A stretch of DNA of 56,043 nt from Patescibacteria group bacterium (GTDB lineage Bacteria > Patescibacteriota > Minisyncoccia > Phycocordibacterales > Phycocordibacteraceae): positions 1-56,043 of the forward strand of contig JAGWVF010000008.1 in assembly GCA_018971045.1 (NCBI GenBank), written 5' to 3'. Below are positions 8,334 through 17,484 of this stretch, one piece after another. The notes below the pieces were generated by a model. The model worked only from the letters and a program-made list of their open reading frames with translations, made no database searches and had not been told where the DNA came from. A program made the position numbers and the translations under genes. Position 1 is the stretch's first letter; the number at the start of each line of letters is the position of its first letter.

Positions 8334-8985
8334 ATGTCCTCGGATGAGACTTCGGCCACTCCGTAAAGGACCCCGCCTTCACTTCTATCGCGTCGGCCTT
8401 GCGGACGTACCGCCAATTCCCTTTCGGCACGAGCGCGTAATGCGGCGCGAGACTGAGCGCATCGGCAACACTCCACAGATCGCGCTCGCTCGTAATCCAT
8501 CCGGCGCCGAACCGCCGCATGTCGAGCGGCTTGCTGTAACATTCAAGCACCTTCTCCCGCGTTGTTATCAGAAACCATTCATGGAAGTAGGAGAGCGCGA
8601 GCTCGCGCAGCGTCTTATAAACCGGATCACGGAAACGCAGTACCGCGTGATTCGTCTTGCTGATCGCGCCGTAGCGGCCGCCGCGCTTATAGAGCGCGAC
8701 CACGTGATCAAAATCGCCTTTTCCCATTTTCGGCGAAAGGTTCATGATGATCGGCGGTTCTCCATGAATCCAAAGCGCGGCAGCCGCGAGCAGGGCGCCC
8801 TCGATGCAGTGCATCTTCCCTTCAAGCAGTACGCGGCGCGGAGACATATGCGTATCCCCCCGCTTTTCCCAATTCTGCGCGAACGAATCGAGAAAATCTT
8901 GAATCTTTGCGGGCGTCGTGAGACGCGCAAGGGTGGCGTACTCGCTTTCCGTAAGATTCGACGCTTCTTTCGTCAGCCGCTGCAT
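8332..8985 (-). CDS. Conserved hypothetical protein, possible transglutaminase-like Cys-His fold
   Basis: MHCIEGALLAA and DHVVAL segments; start ATG 8985. Confidence 0.65.
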   Translation of the reverse strand: MQRLTKEASNLTESEYATLARLTTPAKIQDFLDSFAQNWEKRGDTHMSPRRVLLEGKMHCIEGALLAAAALWIHGEPPIIMNLSPKMGKGDFDHVVALYKRGGRYGAISKTNHAVLRFRDPVYKTLRELALSYFHEWFLITTREKVLECYSKPLDMRRFGAGWITSERDLWSVADALSLAPHYALVPKGNWRYVRKADAIEVKAGSFTEWPKSHPRT

Positions 8986-9001
8986 TCCCTTAGCATAGCG
9001 C

Positions 9002-9030
9002 AAAAAACGCGGCGCCCCTTGGGCGCCGCG
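9002..9030 (-). terminator. Intrinsic terminator (minus strand)
   Basis: CGCGGCGCCC-CTT-GGGCGCCGCG preceded by A6 (T-run on the minus strand). Confidence 0.7.
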
Positions 9031-9045
9031 CTTCGTTGGCGAGTA

Positions 9046-9597
9046 TTACTTGACGGCAAGCGCGATACTGCTCTTATCGACGATTGCCGCGAGTTCTTTC
9101 TGAGTCTTCGGCATATGGTTGATATTGAGACGGCCAACTACGCGGACCGTGACTCCGTGACAGACGCCGGCGATATCTGCGGCATTCTGAACGGTTCCAT
9201 CCCGCATCGTGTAATTCGACTTCGTGTCGAAAAGGACGTCAATCCGGTTGGCGTACCGCGCGTTCATCGTATCGGCGATCACGCGGTATCCGATGAGCGG
9301 CGCGACGACGCCATACCCGCAACTCTCTTCATTTTTTGCCGGACCGTCAATCTCGACGATGGTGCCGAACGGAAGCTGTTCGCCGAGATCCTGGGAACGC
9401 GCGGCAATCACCTCCGGATTGGAATACGCGCCCGAGGCGGTTTCAAGCGGATTATCGTCCGTCTGAGCCGGAACGGCGTTATATGCGGTCATCGCGACCG
9501 TATAACTGGGCAGAATCGGCGGCGTCGTACGCGTCGCGGTAGTCGTCGCGGCGCTCGATAAAAGCAAAAAGCCCCATAGGGCTCCTAAGATATTCAT
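9046..9597 (-). CDS. Secreted 3D-domain protein (MltA/3D-like)
   Basis: TAYNAVPAQTD..P..TASG, LPFGT.V.I, ADTM..R..NRIDV motifs; signal peptide. Confidence 0.75.
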   Translation of the reverse strand: MNILGALWGFLLLSSAATTTATRTTPPILPSYTVAMTAYNAVPAQTDDNPLETASGAYSNPEVIAARSQDLGEQLPFGTIVEIDGPAKNEESCGYGVVAPLIGYRVIADTMNARYANRIDVLFDTKSNYTMRDGTVQNAADIAGVCHGVTVRVVGRLNINHMPKTQKELAAIVDKSSIALAVK

Positions 9598-9665
9598 TGG
9601 GTGTAGTACCGAAATAGCTCGTAACTAACTCGGTCTTTTCATCCTAGCATATTGACTTTATTTTG

Positions 9666-10208
9666 TCAAGATGTCTGATTTGAGCTTTTTGAAGAGAAGC
9701 GGCGGACTCCCCGGGCGACGAGATAGGCGGTCGCGCTGCCGATAAGCGCTCCGCCGATGATGTCTAACGGGTAATGCACCCCCACGATCACGCGGCAGAT
9801 CGAAATAAGCGCGGCGGCGGCAAAAAGCCAGACTCCCCACCGCTTGTGGTAGAGATAGACGGCCGTCGCCATACCGAAGAAAAAGGTCGCATGCCCCGAG
9901 GGGAACGACCACGACGACTCGGGAATGAGCGCGTGAATCGGGAGCGCGACAAACGGGCGCGGCCGATGGTAGAAAAAGCGGATCAGTTCGGCGACTCCAT
10001 AGCGCGCCACGAGTCCGGAAAAAGCCGCCACGAAAAGTATCTCAAGTTTCTCGCGCTTCGAGTACCCTGAAATGACGACTATCCCGACAAATACGAGGAT
10101 AAGCGCGTACGGAAAATATTGAGCGAAGAATATGGCGCTCCAATCGAACAGCGGCGACTGCCCCGTAAGATCGTGCAGAAGATAAAATACCTGCGTATCA
10201 AGCTCCAT
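9666..10208 (-). CDS. PAP2 phosphatase (BcrC/YbjG-like undecaprenyl-PP phosphatase)
   Basis: RPRPF, SFPSGHA, RVIVGVHYPLD motifs. Confidence 0.9.
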   Translation of the reverse strand: MELDTQVFYLLHDLTGQSPLFDWSAIFFAQYFPYALILVFVGIVVISGYSKREKLEILFVAAFSGLVARYGVAELIRFFYHRPRPFVALPIHALIPESSWSFPSGHATFFFGMATAVYLYHKRWGVWLFAAAALISICRVIVGVHYPLDIIGGALIGSATAYLVARGVRRFSSKSSNQTS

Positions 10209-10238
10209 GCGCAATAGTATATACTATCCGCACCGCGC

Positions 10239-12014
10239 ATGCGCTATCTGAAATCACCGACGCTTATTCTCCCCGCCATCGTGGCCGGCGCTCTCTTCAT
10301 CGCGCTTTTCGGATCGATTCCGCTTCTTTACGCGCTCGCGATCGGCATCGGCATGATCGAGGTGTGCGTCGTCGGATACCGCGAGATTCGCGCCGGGACC
10401 CTGTCGCTCGATTACATCGCGTTTCTCGCGATGATTCTCGCCGCCTTCACTCGGGAATTTCTCGCGGGCGCCGTCATCGCGCTTATGTATACCGGCGGCG
10501 AAGCGCTCGAGACCTATGCGTCACGACGCGCCGAGGCGTCGCTCGCGGCGCTCCTCGCGCGCATCCCCAAAACGGCTCTCGTCAAAGACGGCGGCCGCAT
10601 TACCGAAACGCCGCTCGGCGACGTCCCTCAAGGCGCGATCATCGTGATCCGCGGCGGCGAGCTCGTACCGCTCGACGGCTCCCTCGACTCTCCGGAAGCC
10701 GTACTCAATCTCGCGAACCTCACGGGCGAGCCGCTCCCTGAAACCAAGACTGCGGGCGACGTGATCAAGAGCGGGAGCGTAAACGCCGGCAACGCGTTTG
10801 ACCTCATCGTCTCGGGAACGCTCGCGACCTCGACGTACGCCAAGATCGTCGAGCTCGTAAAGAACGCCGAACACGACCAATCCCCTTTCGTGCGTCTTGC
10901 CGCGCGCGCCAATGTGCCCTTCACGCTTCTGACTTTCGGCATCTCTCTCGGCACGTACGTTTTTACGGGCGATCTTACCCGCGTCCTCGCGGTGCTCGTT
11001 ATCGCGACGCCCTGCCCGCTTATTATCGCGGCGCCGATCGCCTTCATCGGCGGCCTGTCGCGCGCCGCGGGGCGAAATATCATCGTGAAGACGCCGGCCG
11101 TTCTTGAGTCGATCGCGCGCGTTACCTCAATCTTTTTCGACAAGACGGGGACGCTCACGCTTGGCGAGCCGCGGCTCGCGCGCATCGTCTGCCTCGACGA
11201 TTCCTGCTCGGAATCGGCGGCGCTCATGCTTGCGGCGGCGCTTGAATTTCATTCGATCCACCCGCTCGCGCGCGCCGTGATACAGGCCGCGCGAGAACGT
11301 CATATCGCGGCATTGCCGGCGCGTGAGGTGCAAGAACGAATCGGAGAAGGCATCAGCGGCGTTGTCGGAGAGAGCCGCATCTCGCTCGGTCAGGCTCCGG
11401 AAACATATCATCAGCCGGGAAGTATTTCGCTTCTTCTTACCAAGAGCGACCGGCCGCTGGCCGTTTTTCATTTCAGCGACGTGCTCAAAGACAATGCGAA
11501 AAAACTGCTCGCCGAACTCTCGAGAAACGGCTACCGTATCGCGGTAGTAACCGGCGATCGGAAGGAAAATGCGGAAATGATCTTCGACGGACTGCCGATC
11601 ACGCTCCACGCGGACTGCACGCCGGAAGAAAAATACCGCATCGTCGACCACGCGCGGGCGCGAGGCGACGTAGTCGCCATGGTCGGCGACGGGCTGAACG
11701 ACGCTCCCGCGCTCGCGCGCGCCGACGCCGGCATCGTCTTCTCGGGCACCGAGAACAGCGCTTCGATCGAAGCGGCCGATGTCGCCATCCTCGGCCATGA
11801 CGTCGCGCTCATTCAAGAACTCTTCGCCCTCTCGAAGCGTTCGGTGCGCATCGCCCGACAAAGCGTCTCCGCCGGCATCGGCCTCTCGACGGCCGGTATG
11901 CTTTTCGCCGCCGCGGGATTCCTGGAGCCGGTGCAAGGGGCGGTGATTCAGGAGGGCATCGATATCGCGGTCATCATAAACGCCCTGCGCGCGGCCTTGA
12001 GTCAACGCCGGTAA
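10239..12014 (+). CDS. Heavy-metal P1B-type ATPase (PCP/QExxD, P1B-5-like)
   Basis: LTGE, TPCP, DKTGTLT, HP, MVGDGLNDAP, QEGID motifs. Confidence 0.92.
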   Translation: MRYLKSPTLILPAIVAGALFIALFGSIPLLYALAIGIGMIEVCVVGYREIRAGTLSLDYIAFLAMILAAFTREFLAGAVIALMYTGGEALETYASRRAEASLAALLARIPKTALVKDGGRITETPLGDVPQGAIIVIRGGELVPLDGSLDSPEAVLNLANLTGEPLPETKTAGDVIKSGSVNAGNAFDLIVSGTLATSTYAKIVELVKNAEHDQSPFVRLAARANVPFTLLTFGISLGTYVFTGDLTRVLAVLVIATPCPLIIAAPIAFIGGLSRAAGRNIIVKTPAVLESIARVTSIFFDKTGTLTLGEPRLARIVCLDDSCSESAALMLAAALEFHSIHPLARAVIQAARERHIAALPAREVQERIGEGISGVVGESRISLGQAPETYHQPGSISLLLTKSDRPLAVFHFSDVLKDNAKKLLAELSRNGYRIAVVTGDRKENAEMIFDGLPITLHADCTPEEKYRIVDHARARGDVVAMVGDGLNDAPALARADAGIVFSGTENSASIEAADVAILGHDVALIQELFALSKRSVRIARQSVSAGIGLSTAGMLFAAAGFLEPVQGAVIQEGIDIAVIINALRAALSQRR

Positions 12015-12020
12015 ATGGTT

Positions 12021-12048
12021 AAAACGGCCGCGCAAGCGCGGCCGTTTT
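12021..12048. terminator. Bidirectional intrinsic terminator
   Basis: AAAACGGCCGCGC-AA-GCGCGGCCGTTTT between convergent stops. Confidence 0.85.
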
Positions 12049-13037
12049 CACAGACCTTGGTCTGGATCGAGCGTTGAGAACATCGGTCCCGGGTAGAACC
12101 GAGCATCGTCGCCGCAGATAAAAACGGCTTTCTTCCCTGCGAAAAGATCAAGAAGGCCCGGGATATTTTCGAGATATTCGAGATACCCGAGCAAACCCGC
12201 ATACGCGAGTCCGGAAGACGGCCCCACATGCGGCAACACCTCGTACATAAGCAACCGCGTCTTGGTAAAGGATTCGACGCGCCCCACTTCGAAAAGAGAG
12301 TCCACGGCCGTTTGATACGGGATTGTCACGACCGCGTCCATTCGTTTCGCGTCTCGCACTCCGGGAACGCGCTCGCCTAACTTCGGGCGAACTCCGAGCA
12401 TATGAATGCGCGGTGCGACGCTCCGAAGATAATGAGACACGCCCGTAATGGTTCCGCTTGAGCCCATTGCCGCCGCGACGATGGCGAGACCATCGCCCGC
12501 CTCGGCGAGCAGTTGCGGGCCGGTGCACGCCGCGTGAATGAGCACATTTCCCGGGTGCTTGTATTGGTCAAGAAGATAGCTGCCGCGCTGATTCGCTTCT
12601 TCGATTGCGGCTTCTTCGACGCTTTTGGTTCCTGCGGGGAAATGCAGGCTTGCCCAGGGAATGAGCTTTATCACGTTCGCCTTAGCTTCCGGGGTATCGC
12701 TCGCCATCACCACTTTCACTCGCGGAATGCCGAATGCGGGTGCGAGCAAAGCGACTCCGTGCGCGGCGTTCCCGCTTGACGGCACCACAAGCGTGTCGAT
12801 GCCGTCATACCTGCCGGCTTTGAAGTCCTCCATCAGCATGCCGAACGCCGACACGACCTTGATATGCGGGAATCCGCCCATAAAGGCAATGGCCGCGCCA
12901 ATGTGAATGTCGTAACTCTGGAGATACGGATTCAGCCGAGAAGAGAGCCAGCGGATGGCGATAAACGCATTATCGTACGGATTGAGGGCGCGCACGATCG
13001 GATGCGCGAGAACCTCTTTAAGAGACGGTTTTCGCAC
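12048..13037 (-). CDS. Divergent PLP-dependent cysteine-synthase-family (fold type II) enzyme
   Basis: PLP Lys in PHIKVV, SSGNA loop, DQYKHPGN, MGSSGTITG, GPSSG. GTG 13037 preferred because AAGGAG lies 7 nt upstream; alternative TTG at 13139. Confidence 0.8.
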   Translation of the reverse strand: MRKPSLKEVLAHPIVRALNPYDNAFIAIRWLSSRLNPYLQSYDIHIGAAIAFMGGFPHIKVVSAFGMLMEDFKAGRYDGIDTLVVPSSGNAAHGVALLAPAFGIPRVKVVMASDTPEAKANVIKLIPWASLHFPAGTKSVEEAAIEEANQRGSYLLDQYKHPGNVLIHAACTGPQLLAEAGDGLAIVAAAMGSSGTITGVSHYLRSVAPRIHMLGVRPKLGERVPGVRDAKRMDAVVTIPYQTAVDSLFEVGRVESFTKTRLLMYEVLPHVGPSSGLAYAGLLGYLEYLENIPGLLDLFAGKKAVFICGDDARFYPGPMFSTLDPDQGL

Positions 13038-13123
13038 TGCCTTTCTCCTTGTAAAGGTACTTTGGTGGAAAAACGAAAGAAGTTCCTTCGTTGAAGGAAC
13101 TTCCCACCAAAGAATACCGTACT

Positions 13124-13498
13124 TCAGCTCGGACGCCAACCCTTGTTCACTTTCGTGATCTTGTTCTGATCATCCATGAAAACGACCGTCGGGCTCATCC
13201 TCCGCGCCTCCCGTTCCTCGACCCACGCTTCGCCGAGAATGATGACCTTGTCGCCCTTTTGGAAAAGGCGGGCGGGCGGGCCGTTCAGCACTATCTGCCC
13301 TTTCCCCCGCTTACCCTTCAGGATATACGTGCGCCACAAAACCGCATTGCTGACATTCGTGATTTGAACCATCTGTCCGGGAAGAAGTCCGGCGGCCTCG
13401 AGAAGCGCTTCGTCGATCGTTATGGAACCGACATAGCTGAGATCAGCGTCGGTGACGGTCGCACGATGCAGTTTGGCGATGCAGACATTGAGAAGCAT
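13124..13498 (-). CDS. PanD-like pyruvoyl-dependent decarboxylase (substrate pocket altered)
   Basis: KLHRATVT, YVG/SITID self-cleavage site, T57-Y58; colinear with PanD but Leu54 and Pro74-Pro75. Confidence 0.85.
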   Translation of the reverse strand: MLLNVCIAKLHRATVTDADLSYVGSITIDEALLEAAGLLPGQMVQITNVSNAVLWRTYILKGKRGKGQIVLNGPPARLFQKGDKVIILGEAWVEEREARRMSPTVVFMDDQNKITKVNKGWRPS

Positions 13499-13571
13499 GG
13501 AGAGATACTAGCATATGTGTACAGCACGCGCCATCCGCGCCGGAAATGTTATGCTATATAAGATATTTTCT

Positions 13572-14747
13572 ATGTATGTTTCTCTCATCGTGAACGTCAT
13601 AGCGTTGCTTTTTTCGTTTTTTGTTATCGGATTGGTTCTCGGCATCGCCTTTTCGAAACCGCTGCGGAAAAAGATCTTTACGCTTTTGCGCATCGAGCGC
13701 ATCCGCCTTCTCCAGCACCTTCTTGTTCTCAATAAATCGCACTATAACCCGATTCTGAAACCGGGAAGCCATCCGTGGACCGCCGAAGCGGTATTGAATC
13801 CGGCCGCCGCCGTCATCGGCGGTCGCACGCATCTTATTTATCGCGCGATCGGCATGGACGGCGTCTCGCGGCTCGGTTACGCGAGCAGTTCGAACGGAAT
13901 TGTTTTTGACCAAATTCTCCCCTATCCCGTCTACGTCGCGCGCAATCCTCATAACATTGCCCGCGATCGCCGCTACTACTCGCCCATGCTGTATCCGTCA
14001 GGCGGCAGCTGGGGCGGCTGCGAGGATCCGCGGATGGTGGTAATCGACGGATGGGTGTACGTTACCTTCAATATGTTCGACAACTGGACGTTGCGCGTCG
14101 CCGTGATCGCGCTTCGCGAGGAGGATTTTCTCGCAAAGCGCTTTTATCTCTGGGAAGGGCCGATTATCCTTTCTCACGGCACGCGCGATAAAAATTGGGT
14201 GCTCTTCCCCGAGAAGATTCACGGGCAATTTGCGGTACTCCACAGCATCATCGGCCCGACTGACGATCATGTCCGCATCGAATACACCTCCGATCTCGCC
14301 ACACTCAGTCGGCGGCGCTTCATAAGCCCTGACCCGCAGAAAATTCCGGATAAGCAGATCGCCTGGCATGTGCATACCCGCAGCGCCGGCCCGCCGCCTC
14401 TGCGGACTGACAAGGGGTGGCTCGTTCTCTACCACGCGAACGACGCACACGAATCGAATCGGTATAAGATCGGCGCGATGTTGCTTGATATCAATGATCC
14501 GAGCCAGATACTCCATCGGGCCGCGGCGCCGGTTATTTCTCCGGATTCAAATTACGAAAATCACGGAAAACCCGGCATCGTCTATGCCTGCGGCTCGGTC
14601 GTCCGCAACGGAATCCTATACGTCTATTACGGCGGAGCCGATCGGGTCGTCTGTGTCGCGACAGCGCACCTCAATACGTTCCTTGACGCGCTCATTGAAG
14701 GCAGCCAGCCGGCGCTCGAGGTGATGTTGCCCGTGCAGACTGCATAA
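13572..14747 (+). CDS. GH130-family glycoside hydrolase/phosphorylase with N-terminal TM anchor
   Basis: NPIL.P, VLNPAA, GCEDPR, KNWVLFPEKI, YYGGAD beta-propeller motifs; start uncertain (13551 or 13572). Confidence 0.85.
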   Translation: MYVSLIVNVIALLFSFFVIGLVLGIAFSKPLRKKIFTLLRIERIRLLQHLLVLNKSHYNPILKPGSHPWTAEAVLNPAAAVIGGRTHLIYRAIGMDGVSRLGYASSSNGIVFDQILPYPVYVARNPHNIARDRRYYSPMLYPSGGSWGGCEDPRMVVIDGWVYVTFNMFDNWTLRVAVIALREEDFLAKRFYLWEGPIILSHGTRDKNWVLFPEKIHGQFAVLHSIIGPTDDHVRIEYTSDLATLSRRRFISPDPQKIPDKQIAWHVHTRSAGPPPLRTDKGWLVLYHANDAHESNRYKIGAMLLDINDPSQILHRAAAPVISPDSNYENHGKPGIVYACGSVVRNGILYVYYGGADRVVCVATAHLNTFLDALIEGSQPALEVMLPVQTA

Positions 14748-14748
14748 T

Positions 14749-16704
14749 ATGTTCGTTATCCGCCGATCGAGCCATAATCCCATCATCGCGCCGCAGCGCG
14801 AGCGGCCGTGGGAGGCTATGGCTACCTTTAATCCTTCAGCGGTACGAACGCCTGAAGGCGTGCGCGTATTCTATCGCGCGCTCGGTGATCCGGACGCTCT
14901 GCAGACTCCGATGCAGGGCATCTCCTCGATCGGCACGGCGTTCGCCGAAGACGGCATCCATTTCCACTCGCGCGAGCAAGTCATCGCTCCTGAGGCGCCG
15001 TGGGACATTTTCGGTTGTGAGGACCCGCGAGTCACCCTCTTTGAAGGCCGCTGGTACTGTTTCTACACCGCCCTCGGCGGTTACCCCTTCAACGCCGATA
15101 ACATTAAAGTCGCTCTTGCCATCGGCGACGCTCCCGACGCCTTTCATGAACGGCACTTGATTACGCCGTTCAATGCGAAAGCCGCCACGCTTTTCCCTGA
15201 ACGCGTGAACGGTGACATCGTGATGCTCTTGACCGCGCATACGGACTGGACGGCCGAGAATCCGCGGCCGACCATCGCGCTCGCTCGCGCCAAGAATATG
15301 GAAGAATTTCTGAAACCCGAGTACTGGCTCAAGTGGCACACGAATCTCGCCGATCACGCCATACCCGAACTGCGCCGCACCGACCGCGATCACATCGAAG
15401 TCGGTGCCGCTCCCTTGCTGACGGACCAGGGATGGCTTCTTGTCTATTCCTATATTCAAAACTATTACGACGGCAACAATCGAATCTTTTCAGTCGAAGC
15501 CGCTCTCCTCGACGCGCAGGATCCGCAAATATTGATCTCGCGCACCGAATCAATGTTCGTGCCGCAGGAATTTTATGAAGAGTACGGGCTCGTGCAAGAC
15601 ATCGTCTTCCCGACCGGCGCGACGCTCGGCGACAACGGCAAACTGGACATTTGGTACGGCGCCGCCGACACGGTCTGCGCTAAAGCGAGCGTCAAACTGC
15701 ATGATCTCGTGCGCTCGCTTGATCCTGACCGGCCCGCGCGCACTTTCATCAGATCACTGCAAAACCCGATTCTCTCTCCTCAGGGCGAAGGGTTCGAAAG
15801 CCGCGACGTCTTCAACGCGGCCGCGATCGATCTGGACGGCTCCGTATATATCCTCTACCGCGCGATGGACAGCAATAACACCTCGACCATCGGCCTCGCC
15901 ATTTCCAAAGACGGAATCACCATCGACGAGCGGCTTCCCGAACCGATCTACGCTCCACGCGCCGATTTTGAGATGAAACGCGGCAGTCCGACCGGCAATT
16001 CCGGTTGCGAGGATCCGCGCATCGTGCGTATCGGCGACATGCTCCACATGACCTATACCGCGTATGACGGCGTGCACTCCCCTGCCGGAGCGGTGACGTC
16101 TCTCAGCGTTGACGATTTCCTTGCGCGGCGATGGGATAAATGGAGCCCGCCTTTTATTTTGACGCCGGAACAGGTTGACGATAAGGATCTTGCGCTTCTG
16201 CCAGAAACCGTCGGCGGAAATTACCTGCTCTATCACCGCATCAACAATCGGATCTGCGCCGATCTCTTGCCCGCTTTAACTGCGGGAAAGCGCGTGAGCC
16301 GCTGCATCGAAATCATGGCGCCGCGCAAGGGAATGTGGGACGGAGCCAAGGTCGGTATAGCCGCGCCGCCGATTAAAGTATCGCTTGACGGTTCAACTCT
16401 GCATCGCGACGGAAACGCCGCTGTCGGCTGGTTGATGATTTATCATGGCGTCTCGCGTCACGCGACCTACCGTCTTGGCGCGGCGCTCCTCGATGCGTCC
16501 GGGACCTCGGTGCTCGCCCGCACTGCGGATCCTATTTTCGAACCGGTAGAACCGTACGAGTCTGAAGGAGAGGTTCAGAATGTCGTCTTCGCTTGCGGTT
16601 CCGTGGTTCGCGACGATACGCTTTTCCTGTATTATGGAGCTGCCGATAAGGTCATCGGCGTGGCAACCGCGTCGCTCAAACACCTTATTGATGCCTTGTC
16701 TTAA
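14749..16704 (+). CDS. Tandem double-domain GH130-family protein
   Basis: Two complete sets of NPI..P / FN / GCEDPR / YGAAD motifs. Confidence 0.88.
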   Translation: MFVIRRSSHNPIIAPQRERPWEAMATFNPSAVRTPEGVRVFYRALGDPDALQTPMQGISSIGTAFAEDGIHFHSREQVIAPEAPWDIFGCEDPRVTLFEGRWYCFYTALGGYPFNADNIKVALAIGDAPDAFHERHLITPFNAKAATLFPERVNGDIVMLLTAHTDWTAENPRPTIALARAKNMEEFLKPEYWLKWHTNLADHAIPELRRTDRDHIEVGAAPLLTDQGWLLVYSYIQNYYDGNNRIFSVEAALLDAQDPQILISRTESMFVPQEFYEEYGLVQDIVFPTGATLGDNGKLDIWYGAADTVCAKASVKLHDLVRSLDPDRPARTFIRSLQNPILSPQGEGFESRDVFNAAAIDLDGSVYILYRAMDSNNTSTIGLAISKDGITIDERLPEPIYAPRADFEMKRGSPTGNSGCEDPRIVRIGDMLHMTYTAYDGVHSPAGAVTSLSVDDFLARRWDKWSPPFILTPEQVDDKDLALLPETVGGNYLLYHRINNRICADLLPALTAGKRVSRCIEIMAPRKGMWDGAKVGIAAPPIKVSLDGSTLHRDGNAAVGWLMIYHGVSRHATYRLGAALLDASGTSVLARTADPIFEPVEPYESEGEVQNVVFACGSVVRDDTLFLYYGAADKVIGVATASLKHLIDALS

Positions 16705-16713
16705 TTATGCTGT

Positions 16714-17484
16714 ATGAAACCAAACGCTGTTATTTTCGATCTTGACGGCACGCTTGCTGAAAGCAAGTCTTCGCTTCAACCTGAGATGAGCTCGCTCTTG
16801 GCGCGCCTGCTTCTGCATATGCCGGTTGCCATCATGTCGGGCGGCTCATATGCCCAATTTGAAAAACAACTGCTCGGCAGCCTGCCGCCTTTCGCCAACT
16901 ACCACAATCTCTACCTCTTTCCTACGAGCGCCGCCCAGTGCTACACGTGGGATAACGGCGCATGGAAGTTTGTCTATAATAATCCCTTTACGGACGAGGA
17001 GCGCGCGAACGTACTCAAAGCGCTTGAGGAATCGCTCCATAAAACCGGTCTCGATATTCCGCCGGAAAAGCTTTGGGGCAAACAAATCGAAGATCGCGGA
17101 ACGCAAATTACCTGGTCTGCGCTCGGGCAAGAAGCTCCGATCGAAGTAAAGAAGACATGGGATCCCGATCGCAAAAAGCGCCAGCCGCTCCAAGAAGCTC
17201 TCCTCGAGAGGTTGAAGGGATTCTCGATTCGCGTCAATGCGACCAACTCTATAGACATCACCCGCGAAGGCATGACCAAGGCATACGGAGTCGAGCAATT
17301 CTCGAAGATCCTCAATATTCCCGTCGCCTCGATGCTCTATATCGGCGATGCGCTCTTCCCGGGCGGCAATGACGAAATCGTGAAGTCAACAGAAATCTCG
17401 ACGCGGCAGATCTACGGACCGAGCGATACGGCGAAAGTGATCAGGGAGATACTCGCTGACGCATCAGACGAACCAGTCGGATAG
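16714..17484 (+). CDS. HAD-IIB hydrolase, phosphomannomutase-like
   Basis: FDLDGTL, EDRGTQIT.SALG, SIDIT..G..K, GDAL.PGGND as in HAD-type PMM. Confidence 0.85.
   Translation: MKPNAVIFDLDGTLAESKSSLQPEMSSLLARLLLHMPVAIMSGGSYAQFEKQLLGSLPPFANYHNLYLFPTSAAQCYTWDNGAWKFVYNNPFTDEERANVLKALEESLHKTGLDIPPEKLWGKQIEDRGTQITWSALGQEAPIEVKKTWDPDRKKRQPLQEALLERLKGFSIRVNATNSIDITREGMTKAYGVEQFSKILNIPVASMLYIGDALFPGGNDEIVKSTEISTRQIYGPSDTAKVIREILADASDEPVG

Noticed and set aside
8344-9561. 405-aa plus-strand ORF
   Set aside because: Antisense shadow across two well-supported minus-strand genes and a terminator; Arg-rich with no motifs.
11127-12035. 302-aa minus-strand ORF
   Set aside because: Shadow of the P1B ATPase, expected with high-GC codon bias.
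17441-17484. 44-bp convergent overlap of the PMM-like and helicase genes
   Set aside because: Short tail-to-tail overlaps are common in compact genomes; no further signal.
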